From the NCBI RefSeq assembly GCF_003790525.1, contig NZ_CP033635.1: DNA of 64,000 nt; one strand, given 5' to 3'. Under the pieces are notes generated by a model. That model was not told where the DNA came from, did not search any database, and saw only the letters and a list, made by a program, of their open reading frames with translations. The stretch is from Escherichia coli. GTDB lineage: Bacteria; Pseudomonadota; Gammaproteobacteria; Enterobacterales; Enterobacteriaceae. Positions within the stretch are counted from its first letter, which is position 1. Each line of letters starts with the position of its first letter. Position numbers and translations under genes: made by a program. Shown here piece after piece: positions 23,577 through 33,913 of this stretch.

Positions 23577-24206
23577 TTACAATATTTGGGGCCAGGGATT
23601 GTTTTCCGCCAAATATCGAGTTGCAGAAAGTCGGCAAATAATTAACACTTTGTCTCCTTTAGTGAAAATTTTTCCTTCTTCAGGCTCCAGTAGTAAATAA
23701 TGTATTTGGCCAAATTGATCGGTGAGTTTTCCTTCGCAGGGATTACCTGAAGTGGCTTGATGACCGGTAATTAACGCCATGCTACCAATATATTCTTCTT
23801 CTGTAATAGCTGAGCTATGATCGCGTGGAATCCAGGGCGCAACTATTTTACCGGTATAATGCACCGCAATAATCGTAAACAGTAAACTGACAGGAACCAC
23901 AAACAGGTTCGAGAGTGGTGATTGCCAGACCATGATGCAGGTATGCTGCAACAGGATGCCAATAAGACCAAAAAAACCAGCCAGTAAGCAAAGAACGACG
24001 AGAGCTGGCAATCTTCCGATATTGAGATAATGAAGTGCCTGGCTAATATGACCTGTGGTTATGGAATCATAATGGTCAAGATGTGCATCAAGTGCACCGG
24101 AGAGCATGTGACCGCAGATAAGCGCAAAAATTTCTAAAAGGCCGATCAACAGTACAAAGGAAATAGCGAAAAGATAAGGGGTGTTATAGTCGGCGAATAA
24201 AATCAT
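23577..24206 (-). CDS. yqiJ: NfeD-like inner-membrane protein, partner of YqiK
   Basis: 209-aa polytopic ORF directly upstream of yqiK. Confidence 0.85.
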   Translation of the reverse strand: MILFADYNTPYLFAISFVLLIGLLEIFALICGHMLSGALDAHLDHYDSITTGHISQALHYLNIGRLPALVVLCLLAGFFGLIGILLQHTCIMVWQSPLSNLFVVPVSLLFTIIAVHYTGKIVAPWIPRDHSSAITEEEYIGSMALITGHQATSGNPCEGKLTDQFGQIHYLLLEPEEGKIFTKGDKVLIICRLSATRYLAENNPWPQIL

Positions 24207-24474
24207 ATGTCACTCCAATGTCCATTTAGTGACGCAATATTTACTTTGGGATAGTTTCCTTGCTTACATTTGTCTTTGCTAATAATAACACATGTTGGAG
24301 AAGTTCTGGAAGAGAAAGTCTTTTAATATGGTTTTTTATTTTTCACTAAAAAGTGTGATCGGGGACAATATATTTACGCACGTTATGTTTAAAGGCACTA
24401 CACTGATTGGGGAATACTGAAATCAGAAAAAGCATATGGCCTTAAAAGGTATGCGATAACCGGAGGATGTGCTT

Positions 24475-24675
24475 ATGGATCATAGTCTTAATTCTTTAAA
24501 TAATTTCGATTTCCTGGCGCGTAGTTTTGCCAGAATGCACGCAGAAGGTCGCCCGGTCGATATTCTGGCCGTTACTGGTAACATGGATGAAGAACATAGA
24601 ACCTGGTTTTGCGCACGTTATGCCTGGTATTGCCAACAAATGATGCAAACCAGAGAACTTGAATTAGAACACTGA
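24475..24675 (+). CDS. glgS: GlgS (surface composition regulator)
   Basis: 66-aa product [74 protein letters not shown] at 24463-24468. Confidence 0.85.
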
Positions 24676-24709
24676 TATTACGGGCCGTCTGGCCCGTTTT
24701 TGTGTTGCT

Positions 24710-25009
24710 TTATTCTGCTTTATCAATAGGCGGGATAGCCGGAGGAGATTGAAGATCTGCTACCGAATTATTGCGCGCTTCCAGTTCACTGATGCGCTGC
24801 TCCAGTAACGCCAGTTTTTCACGAGTCCGTAACAGGACTTGCGTCTGAACGTCGAATTCTTCGCGGCTTACCAGATCGAGACGTGTCAGCTGCGCTTGTA
24901 GGGTTTGGCGGATTTTTTTCTCCACATCTTCCCCGAACTCCCTGATTCCTTTAGGCATTGATTCGTGAACCTGGCGAGCGATTTGCTCAATTTTTTTCGG
25001 GTCAATCAT
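24710..25009 (-). CDS. ubiK: Ubiquinone biosynthesis accessory factor UbiK
   Basis: [39 protein letters not shown]... (coiled coil); start chosen at the ATG at 25009 with a GGAA SD. Confidence 0.8.
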   Translation of the reverse strand: MIDPKKIEQIARQVHESMPKGIREFGEDVEKKIRQTLQAQLTRLDLVSREEFDVQTQVLLRTREKLALLEQRISELEARNNSVADLQSPPAIPPIDKAE

Positions 25010-25124
25010 TGTAGTTTCCCTGTACTGATAGGTGTTGAGTGCCATTGTAGTGCGATAAGAGTAAGTCATAAACCAGAATTATGTGAAGCTATGCGTTGCT
25101 GCCGCTAATCATTAGCGTTATAGT

Positions 25125-25375
25125 GAATCCGCTTATTCTCAGGGCGGGGCGAAATTCCCCACCGGCGGTAAATCAACTCAGTTGAAAGCCCGCGAGCGCT
25201 TTGGGTGCGAACTCAAAGGACAGCAGATCCGGTGTAATTCCGGGGCCGACGGTTAGAGTCCGGATGGGAGAGAGTAACGATTCTGTCGGGCATGGACCCG
25301 CTCACGTTATTTTGGCTATATGCCGCCACTCCTAAGACTGCCCTGATTCTGGTAACCATAATTTTAGTAAGGTTT
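25125..25375 (+). ncRNA. FMN riboswitch (RFN element) in the ribB leader
   Basis: Conserved RFN segments agggcggggcgaaattccccaccggcggta ... ccggggccgacggttagagtccggatgggagaga directly upstream of ribB. Confidence 0.8.
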
Positions 25376-25382
25376 TTTTACC

Positions 25383-26036
25383 ATGAATCAGACGCTACTT
25401 TCCTCTTTTGGTACGCCTTTCGAACGTGTTGAAAATGCACTGGCTGCGCTGCGTGAAGGACGCGGTGTAATGGTGCTTGATGATGAAGACCGTGAAAACG
25501 AAGGCGATATGATCTTCCCGGCAGAAACCATGACCGTTGAGCAGATGGCGCTGACCATTCGCCACGGTAGCGGTATTGTTTGCCTGTGCATTACTGAAGA
25601 TCGCCGTAAACAACTCGATCTGCCAATGATGGTAGAAAATAACACCAGCGCCTATGGCACCGGTTTTACCGTGACCATTGAAGCGGCTGAAGGTGTGACT
25701 ACCGGTGTTTCTGCCGCTGACCGTATTACGACCGTTCGCGCAGCGATTGCCGATGACGCAAAACCTTCTGATCTGAATCGCCCGGGCCACGTTTTCCCAC
25801 TTCGCGCGCAGGCAGGTGGAGTACTGACGCGTGGCGGCCATACTGAAGCAACTATTGATCTAATGACGCTGGCAGGCTTTAAACCGGCTGGTGTGCTGTG
25901 TGAGCTGACTAATGACGATGGCACGATGGCGCGTGCACCAGAGTGCATTGAGTTTGCCAATAAACACAATATGGCGCTCGTGACTATTGAAGACCTGGTG
26001 GCATACCGTCAGGCACATGAGCGTAAAGCCAGCTGA
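25383..26036 (+). CDS. ribB: 3,4-dihydroxy-2-butanone 4-phosphate synthase
   Basis: 217-aa [45 protein letters not shown]... Confidence 0.95.
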   Translation: MNQTLLSSFGTPFERVENALAALREGRGVMVLDDEDRENEGDMIFPAETMTVEQMALTIRHGSGIVCLCITEDRRKQLDLPMMVENNTSAYGTGFTVTIEAAEGVTTGVSAADRITTVRAAIADDAKPSDLNRPGHVFPLRAQAGGVLTRGGHTEATIDLMTLAGFKPAGVLCELTNDDGTMARAPECIEFANKHNMALVTIEDLVAYRQAHERKAS

Positions 26037-26068
26037 AAACCGCTGCTTAATTTACTGCCTTAATCAAG

Positions 26069-26105
26069 AAACCGAAGTTGTAGCAGGCTTCGGTTTTTAT
26101 TTTTC
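26069..26105 (+). terminator. ribB rho-independent terminator
   Basis: gaaaccgaag-(loop)-cttcggttt followed by a T run. Confidence 0.6.
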
Positions 26106-26297
26106 CCTGCTATGCAAGATGTTAATTCCGCTTCTCTTTCTATGAGAAAATTTCATTAATATCAGGCATTCTTTTTCATTATGATCAAAATCATATAATT
26201 GTTCCGTTATTATGCGACCATATGAATATATCCGAAAAAGGATATGTGAAATTTATGCGCTAAATGTTTAGTATTGTTAAATATTAAGGGTAAAAGG

Positions 26298-26468
26298 ATG
26301 TTTATCGCCTGGTACTGGATTGTATTGATTGCTCTTGTTGTTGTGGGTTATTTCCTGCATTTGAAACGTTATTGTCGGGCGTTTCGCCAGGACAGAGACG
26401 CACTGCTTGAAGCGCGGAACAAATACTTAAACAGTACGAGAGAAGAGACAGCCGAAAAGGTAGAATAA
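26298..26468 (+). CDS. Small single-pass membrane protein (56 aa), function unknown
   Basis: ORF MFIAWYWIVLIALVVVGYFLHLKRYCRAFRQDRDALLEARNKYLNSTREETAEKVE with an AAGGG SD about 8 nt upstream. Confidence 0.4.
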   Translation: MFIAWYWIVLIALVVVGYFLHLKRYCRAFRQDRDALLEARNKYLNSTREETAEKVE

Positions 26469-26525
26469 GGCTTTAGTGAAGCTGGCAGAAGTTGTCCATG
26501 CGCTGGACAACTTCTGATGTTGCTT

Positions 26526-27299
26526 TTAACCAATTCCCGCCGTTTGTAGCAGCACTAAACTGAATCCCATCACTGACATTCCACATAGTACGCCATAGCT
26601 GGGGTTATTATTAGGGTCAATCTCTTTGGCGAGCGGCATTAATTCATCAACCGAGAGCGCTACCATAATTCCTGCAACCGCCGCCATGATTGCCGCCATG
26701 ACCACCGGGGAAATCATGCTACCGAGGATTAACCACGCCAGCACACCACCAAGAATTTCTGCCAGTCCAGAAATCCCCGCCCAAAGAATCGCGGTGCGTT
26801 TAGACCCCGTTGCCGCGTAAACCGGGCCTGCAACCGCCAGACCTTCAGGAATATTGTGTAACGCAACGGCCAGTGCGATGCCAAAGCCCAGCTCCAGGTT
26901 GCTGCTCGCCGTGACAAAGGTGGCAATCCCTTCCGGGAAGTTATGCAGACTGATGCCGAGAGTGAGCAGAATGGCTGTGCGCTTGATCGATTTTGGCAAC
27001 GGCTGCACCGATTTTTGCATTAAATCCTGCGGATGCGCATGTGGCAACATGCGGTCCAGGCCAAAATAGCCAAGCAGACCGAAGATAAACATTCCATAAC
27101 CCAACACAGGTGACATTCCTTCGGCGGCTAATGCGGCAGGAAGCATTTCCATTAATGAGATGAGCAACATGATCCCCGCCGCAAATCCTAGCGAAAACGC
27201 CAGTAAGCGGTTCGAGGGTTTTTGCCCGAGAACGCCGAGAAACGCGCCAATAAACGTGGCTGCCCCCGCCAGTATGGTCAGAATGAGAGGTACTGACAT
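26526..27299 (-). CDS. zupT: Zinc transporter, ZIP family
   Basis: 257-aa product starting [22 protein letters not shown]... (track ORF is 14 codons longer). Confidence 0.9.
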
Positions 27300-27414
27300 C
27301 GACAACTCCTTATAAATCTTCACCTTCAGGCAGATCGTCAAAATAACTGATGATCATCATCATTGTTATCCGGGTTCTTACTCCGCCGAACAAGCGTATT
27401 GTGAGGATATCAAA

Positions 27415-28230
27415 ATGACACCTTTAGTTAAGGATATCATCATGTCTTCAACACGTATGCCAGCATTGTTTTTAGGTCACGGTAGTCCGATGAACGTGCT
27501 GGAAGATAATTTGTATACCCGCAGCTGGCAGACGTTGGGGATGACATTGCCACGCCCGCAAGCAATAGTGGTGGTTTCGGCTCACTGGTTTACCCGTGGA
27601 ACAGGAGTGACCGCGATGGAGACGCCGCCCACGATTCATGACTTTGGTGGCTTCCCGCAGGCGCTGTACGATACGCATTATCCTGCTCCGGGTTCACCTG
27701 CGCTGGCACAGCATCTGGTTGAGCTGTTAGCGCCGGTCCCTGTGACGCTGGATAAAGAAGCCTGGGGCTTCGACCACGGCTCGTGGGGCGTACTGATTAA
27801 GATGTATCCTGACGCCGATATCCCGATGGTGCAGTTGAGTATCGACAGTAGCAAACCTGCCGCCTGGCATTTCGAAATGGGGCGCAAACTCGCGGCGCTG
27901 CGTGATGAAGGGATAATGTTGGTCGCCAGTGGCAACGTGGTGCATAACCTGCGTACAGTGAAGTGGCACGGTGATAGTTCACCGTATCCGTGGGCGACGT
28001 CGTTTAATGAGTATGTGAAAGCGAATCTGACGTGGCAAGGGCCGGTGGAACAACATCCTCTGGTGAATTATCTCGACCATGAAGGTGGCGCGTTATCGAA
28101 CCCAACGCCAGAGCACTATCTGCCGTTGTTGTATGTCTTAGGTGCGTGGGATGGGCAGGAGCCAATTACCATTCCGGTCGATGGTATAGAAATGGGCAGT
28201 TTAAGTATGCTGTCGGTGCAGATAGGTTAA
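27415..28230 (+). CDS. ygiD: Extradiol ring-cleavage dioxygenase (4,5-DOPA dioxygenase-like)
   Basis: 271-aa ORF ...LFLGHGSPMNVLEDN...; an alternative start at MSSTRMPAL (27442) is possible. Confidence 0.85.
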   Translation: MTPLVKDIIMSSTRMPALFLGHGSPMNVLEDNLYTRSWQTLGMTLPRPQAIVVVSAHWFTRGTGVTAMETPPTIHDFGGFPQALYDTHYPAPGSPALAQHLVELLAPVPVTLDKEAWGFDHGSWGVLIKMYPDADIPMVQLSIDSSKPAAWHFEMGRKLAALRDEGIMLVASGNVVHNLRTVKWHGDSSPYPWATSFNEYVKANLTWQGPVEQHPLVNYLDHEGGALSNPTPEHYLPLLYVLGAWDGQEPITIPVDGIEMGSLSMLSVQIG

Positions 28231-28237
28231 TAAAAGA

Positions 28238-28266
28238 ACCCGAAGCCAGAATGACTGGCTTCGGGT
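28238..28266. terminator. Bidirectional hairpin terminator between ygiD and dsbI
   Basis: acccgaagccag-aatgac-tggcttcgggt. Confidence 0.5.
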
Positions 28267-28275
28267 GTTGCTGAG

Positions 28276-28947
28276 TTAGCCTCTGATGATTTTAAGTGCC
28301 CATGCGCCACTCATAATGACCAGCAGCACCAGACACATACCAAAAGCCAGCATACAAGCCTGAGCCATATTCATAAAATGCCATGGTGGTAGCAGATACC
28401 AGCCTTCAGATTGCTGATACATTTCCACAAACCACTGTTGCGTGCTGCTCAGTGTGACGCCATCAGGAACGATTGGTGCGTCATAGCCACAATCCCCGGT
28501 AGGCTTGAACCAATTTGGTGCCCACTGTGCCAGCGGCAGGTTAAAGGGAAAAGTTGGATCGGTAGAGCAACCCTGTACGCCAAACAGTGAATCGGGATCC
28601 GGATTATGTACTGCATGGTGGATATCGTTCAGTTTGAGCGAAAACTTCAGTCCCAAAATGCTGCCGTAAAATGCCATCACGCAGCCAATTAGCTTTAGGA
28701 TGATGTTCTTTGGGTTGATCGCTGCAACCAATCCTCCAATAACCATCACAAACATGGCGTAGCGAATGTATACACATTGCTCACAGGGTGCCATGTAGAG
28801 ATAGATCTGGAAGAAAGAGTGCGCCAGGATAATTAACGCGCCCATCGCAACGGCCATTAACAACCACAACAAGCGTTGCTCCTGCCATCTGACCAGTGTG
28901 TCAACTGGTGATGTGCGAAGATCTTTCCACATTCCCTTAATACCCAT
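28276..28947 (-). CDS. dsbI: DsbB-like membrane disulfide oxidoreductase
   Basis: 223-aa polytopic ORF with paired cysteines (CEQC; C...C in the periplasmic loop); last gene of the assT operon. Confidence 0.85.
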
Positions 28948-28961
28948 AGCCTGTTTCCCTG

Positions 28962-29630
28962 TTATTTGCTTGCTAACTCACGGATAAGGTCTGCCATCGC
29001 GTCGATGGATTTGATGCTCTTGGTGTAGATCAAGTACTTACCATTAACGACATAGGCTGGAACCCCCTGGATTTTGGCGACATCATAAGAGGCTTTCCAT
29101 TTTTCCAGTGTTTCTTGAACCGCTGGTTCTTTCAGTGCCGCTTCAAAATCCGCCTGACTCATACCTGCGGCATCCAGACCGGTTTTGATAAAAGCAGCCG
29201 GATCTTTACCGTCAGACCAGCGTTCTTTTTTGTCGTGATAAGCCACGTAGTAGGCAAACTTGGCTTTCTTAAACTGAGAGTTAGCATCAAATAAGGAAAT
29301 GCCTGCTGCTTTATCTTTATTGATCAAGACCGCAAAGACTTCGCTTGCTTGTTTGCCGTATTCACCTTTGGTTTCCAGATGGAACGGCGTGAAAGCAACG
29401 ATATCTTTCACTTTTTCCGATACCGGACCGGTAACCGCTTTGTCGTACTTGTAACAGAACGGGCAGGCGTAGCTGAATACCTTAATCAGCGTTTTGTCTG
29501 CATTCGGAATAGGTTTTTCCAGAACCATGTAATCCGTGCCTTCGGTAAATGCAGAAGCGGTAAATGAAACAGCCAAAGCTGCGGTAAGCAGTATGCTTTT
29601 AAATAGTGATGAGATCCCTAATTTCGACAT
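28962..29630 (-). CDS. dsbL: DsbA-like periplasmic thiol:disulfide oxidoreductase
   Basis: 222-aa ORF with a signal peptide and CPFC active site ([10 protein letters not shown]). Confidence 0.85.
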
Positions 29631-29647
29631 TTTTATTCCCTTCTTAA

Positions 29648-31444
29648 TTATTTGAACATCTGTTGTGGACGGACTAACAATGCACGATAGTGAGTCTGAT
29701 TGGGTTTATCTGACAGCACGTCGATTTCCACTTTCACTTCTTTGGTTTTGTAATCGATTTCGTTCAACTTACCGACGGTTGGCTGCCCGACATCGAACAA
29801 ATGAATAGAACCACCGAAGCCAAACATGGTGTTACGGTCGGCTTGATATTCAATGATGGAGGTGATTGGGCTATAGAAATCGTAGCCACGTTCTTTACCG
29901 TATTCCCACACTTGCTGAACGGTGCCTTTCTTCTCATCAATCTTATATTCCACAAAGCGGGAATATTTCATGGTTGGTAAGGCAGGTTGTTCCAGATGAC
30001 GACCATCGCCATTATCAAAAATGGTGAGCGTTCCTTTGCTGGAAATCCAGGCGGTATGCTGGGTGTAGGTAAAGTCGAAGTCTGAGTTTTCGCACAGGCC
30101 ATTTTCGTTACAGGTAATTGGCTTACCGTTAGCATCAACCGGTTTCAGCAGCTTGCTGGCCAGCGGTTTTTCCCAACCTTTAGAGGGTGCAAGGATCCAT
30201 TTCACTTGCTTATCACGACCAATCTTCACAACACCCTGGTGACGAGAAGAGAGAATAATTGAGTCATCTTTTGCGTCATAAGCGATGGAATTAACGTGCG
30301 CCCAGTTACGGCCTGGCCCTACACCCAGAGCGTCGCCGAACGGTGTATCTGGTTCCAGTTTTGCCTGTTGTCCTGCATGGGCAAGGTCAACGTTAACGCA
30401 AACTGCACCTGCATCCAGCGCGCCGAGCAGTGCATCGCGTTTCGGATCGAGGATCTTCGTCAGATCCCATACATCTACAACGCGACCAGATTTATCGACT
30501 TCGAGGATATGGTCACGAATGGTGGTGACGTGTACGCCGTCATCGCGACGATAGTTACTCTTACCTACGCGCAACAGTACCGTGCCATTTGGCGTCTCAA
30601 TGGATTCATGAGTAGCGTCAGCAAATCCGCGCGGTAGTTTGTGATCTTCGAGCACCTGCCCCATCATGTCGAACTCGTACCAGTGCTGACCTTGTACAGC
30701 GGTAAAGGTGCCGCGTGGCGTTTCGCGGATACCCATCAGATAACCACGTTTGTTAATGTTGCGGTCACGACCATCGTAGAAGGTGTTTTGATCCAACCAC
30801 CAGCGGTATTCGCCTTCCGTATCGACGATAAAGGTGAATGGCGCGATATCAAAAGGGAGTGCGCCAGTTGCCGGACCCGCATCAAGGATACCGGCATTTT
30901 TATCTTTCTCACCATGCCAGTGGAGATCGGAACCTTGGGCGGTAAAGGTGTGGGTATTAACCAGATAGAGGCGATCTTCAAAACCCGGTGCGACTTTAAT
31001 AACTTTGGTCTGTTGTAAATCGGAGATAGAGCGGTTATCCATGTAATTATTGACGATGGCCGAAGTGTGCACCACATAATCATCTTTCATGACCTTGCCG
31101 TTTTCTTTCCACTCAACGGTCACTTTGTTAGCAAATTTCTGATAAAGACCAAAAATCGGTACACCATCGTAAGTTTTTAGTGATTCCTGACCCACGGGAT
31201 AGCTGATTTCTACGCCTTTTTCGCCCTTCCCATGGACGGTAACTCTGACGTCAGAAATAACATGGCTATCTAAGTCAACCAAAGCGGTCAGTGGTGCATT
31301 GCCGTAGGGATCGACAATGACCGCACCCAGTTGCCCGGCAGGCGGCGCTGGTTTAAAACCCGCAGCCATCACCCCCGATGCTGACAAACCCAGGGTTATC
31401 GCCACAGTTCCGGCTACGAGTGTTTTTCTATATTTATCAAACAT
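29648..31444 (-). CDS. assT: Periplasmic arylsulfate sulfotransferase
   Basis: 598-aa ORF with a signal peptide; recognised as AssT by family resemblance and by the dsbL-dsbI partners. Confidence 0.88.
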   Translation of the reverse strand: MFDKYRKTLVAGTVAITLGLSASGVMAAGFKPAPPAGQLGAVIVDPYGNAPLTALVDLDSHVISDVRVTVHGKGEKGVEISYPVGQESLKTYDGVPIFGLYQKFANKVTVEWKENGKVMKDDYVVHTSAIVNNYMDNRSISDLQQTKVIKVAPGFEDRLYLVNTHTFTAQGSDLHWHGEKDKNAGILDAGPATGALPFDIAPFTFIVDTEGEYRWWLDQNTFYDGRDRNINKRGYLMGIRETPRGTFTAVQGQHWYEFDMMGQVLEDHKLPRGFADATHESIETPNGTVLLRVGKSNYRRDDGVHVTTIRDHILEVDKSGRVVDVWDLTKILDPKRDALLGALDAGAVCVNVDLAHAGQQAKLEPDTPFGDALGVGPGRNWAHVNSIAYDAKDDSIILSSRHQGVVKIGRDKQVKWILAPSKGWEKPLASKLLKPVDANGKPITCNENGLCENSDFDFTYTQHTAWISSKGTLTIFDNGDGRHLEQPALPTMKYSRFVEYKIDEKKGTVQQVWEYGKERGYDFYSPITSIIEYQADRNTMFGFGGSIHLFDVGQPTVGKLNEIDYKTKEVKVEIDVLSDKPNQTHYRALLVRPQQMFK

Positions 31445-31894
31445 GGATATATCTCCTTATATAACGCAAATATATAATAATGATGAATATCGACTGTTGA
31501 GAGGGTGCTAATAAATTCGTTACGTGAATATGAATATTAATTCAATAAAGAGTGAGAATGCTTTTGTGTTTCTTTTAAATATGTTGTTATTCGGTGAAAC
31601 AAATATTTATGTTTAATGGATAGTAGGGGGGCAATATATCAATCACAATGTTCAATACTGTGTAGTGTGATCCCTGCAACATTGTTTTTTAATTATTAAA
31701 TTTAAATCTGGTGAGATAAAAGTAAAGTATTTAAATAATATCAAATAGTTATGTTGTGATGTATTCACTTACTTTAATTACAATATCGCTTGCATATGAC
31801 GATTTAACATTAAATTGAGTATTAATGTTAAATAAAGGTTGGATATGTATGTGTTTATATATTGATGGGAATTATGAATGGTGGATTATAAGAG
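31445..31894 (-). promoter_or_regulatory. AT-rich upstream/promoter region of the assT operon
   Basis: About 450 bp of strongly AT-rich non-coding DNA with no ORF of 60 codons or more; typical of a horizontally acquired, nucleoid-protein-silenced promoter. Confidence 0.4.
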
Positions 31895-31917
31895 ATTGCC
31901 CCGCTTATCGGGGCAAT
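31895..31917 (-). terminator. Hairpin downstream of ygiC (possible terminator, weak U tract)
   Basis: attgccccg-cttat-cggggcaat perfect stem. Confidence 0.4.
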
Positions 31918-31928
31918 ATTAAGCTGTA

Positions 31929-33089
31929 TTACTCAACAAAAATATGCGGATAAAACCGAGACATATCCTGGGTGATCAATGCACGGTCTTCACGAATGCC
32001 AATTCCGGCAGGTTGATCGTTCACCAGCCAGCTACCAATCAGCATATAGCTGTCGCCGAATTTCGGTAACGGGTGGAATTGCTGAACAATCATCCCTTCT
32101 TCGCCATACGGACCTTCCGCTGCTTCAATGGTTTTGCCGTTCTCAATGATCGACACGTTTGCGCCTTCACGGGAGAAGATCGGTTTAACCACATATTTTT
32201 CCATTTGCGGATGATCATCTTCCGCAAAATAAGCGGGCAGCAGGTTCGGGTGATTCGGGAACATCTCCCACAGTAGCGGTAGAAGCGCTTTGTTGGAGAT
32301 AATGCTCTTCCACGCCGGTTCCAGCCAGCGTACGCCTGCATCCTCCAGCTTGGTGGAGAACATCTCACGCAACATAAATTCCCACGGATACAGCTTGAAC
32401 AGGTTGGAAATCACCTGATCCTGTAAATCCGTGAACTGACCTTTTTCACCTAACCCGATATCGTCGATGTAGAGGAACTCGGTAGCGATTTCAGCTTCCG
32501 TCGCGCAGTCCTGCAAATACTGAATGGTTCCGCGATCTTCCACCGTGTCGCGACAGCAGGTGAGATGCAGCAACTGGAAGCCATACTGTTCACGCAGCTC
32601 AACGAAGCGATCGATCAGCTTTTCTTGCAAACTGTTAAACTGGTCGCTGCCCTCCGGCAAGTTACCGGCGTTAAGCTGATCTTCCAGCCAGATCCACTGA
32701 AAGAACGCCGCCTCGTATAGTGACGTTGGCGTATCGGCGTTATTTTCCAGAAGCTTAGGTTCGCCAGTGCCATCCCACGCCAGATCAAGACGCGAATAAA
32801 GCGATGGCTGGTGCGTCAGCCATGACTGGCGCACAAAACTCCAGGTGTGTTTTGGTATGCGGAATTTGGTCATCAGCTCATCGCTGGCGATCACTTTTTC
32901 CACCACTTTCAGGCACATCTGGTGCAGTTCGGCGGTGACTTCTTCCAGCTTTTCAACCTGAGCGAGGGTCAACTTGTAGTAAGCATCTTCACACCAGTAC
33001 GGCTCGCCGTACATGGTGTGAAAATTGAAACCGTATTCGTGGGCTTTTTCGCGCCAGTCCGGGCGCTCGGTAATACTGACTCTTTCCAT
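31929..33089 (-). CDS. ygiC: Glutathionylspermidine-synthase-like ATP-grasp protein
   Basis: 386-aa [35 protein letters not shown]... Confidence 0.9.
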
Positions 33090-33094
33090 CGGTA

Positions 33095-33766
33095 TCAGCC
33101 ACCCATTGAACGAGAAGAGGTGCCGGTTGCGCTACGCTGCATAGTGCTTTGTTTGGCAACAGATTCACCAAAACCGCCACGGGTAACGGTAGTGGTGGTC
33201 GCCGGTTTTGGTGCCATTGCCGTCTTCGGTACGGTCATGGTGCGGCCTGGCTGGGCTGCGCCATAGTTTTTACCCGTCGCGTCGGTATATTTACCGTAAG
33301 CCGGGCTGGCCGGGTTTTTCGAGGAGAACAGCGGCTGCTGTGCAAATCCCGCGCCGCCGCCCATCAGACGCCCCATCATGTAACCGGCCATCAGCGGCAT
33401 CCAGAAACTTCCGCTGGATTGCTGGGCCTGCGCCTGGTTTTCTGGTGCCATACCAGCCTGGGCTGGTGCCTGCTGGCACTGACCTTCACCAAATTCAGCA
33501 ACACAGTCTTCACGGGTGGCGTATTTCGGCGCAGTACGTTCGGCTTCTTTCAGCGCATTGTTGTACGCGGTGGTACATTCGGCGCTTTTGCCTGGGTTTG
33601 CAGCTGAACAGTCGTCAGCATTTTGATAGAGAGACACTGTTTCATCACTCTTTTCACAGCCAGCCAGCATAAAAACAGTGGCAACCGCGAGAGCGACTGG
33701 TGTCAGATGGCGTGCGCTCCAGTTTTTGCGGAACGATGCGTGGCGTATGGATTTTGTCCGTTTCAT
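33095..33766 (-). CDS. ygiB: DUF1190 lipoprotein-like protein
   Basis: Product starting [37 protein letters not shown]...; part of the tolC-ygiBC operon. Confidence 0.85.
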
Positions 33767-33913
33767 TTTTGTCTTCCGGGACCAGTGGTAAATACCCATC
33801 AGAATAGAGGATGGCTGGTCGAAATTGAAGCGAGAAGGGGGAAGAATGCGGCAGATAACCCGTATCTTTACGTTGCCTTACGTTCAGACGGGGCCGAAGC
33901 CCCGTCGTCGTCA

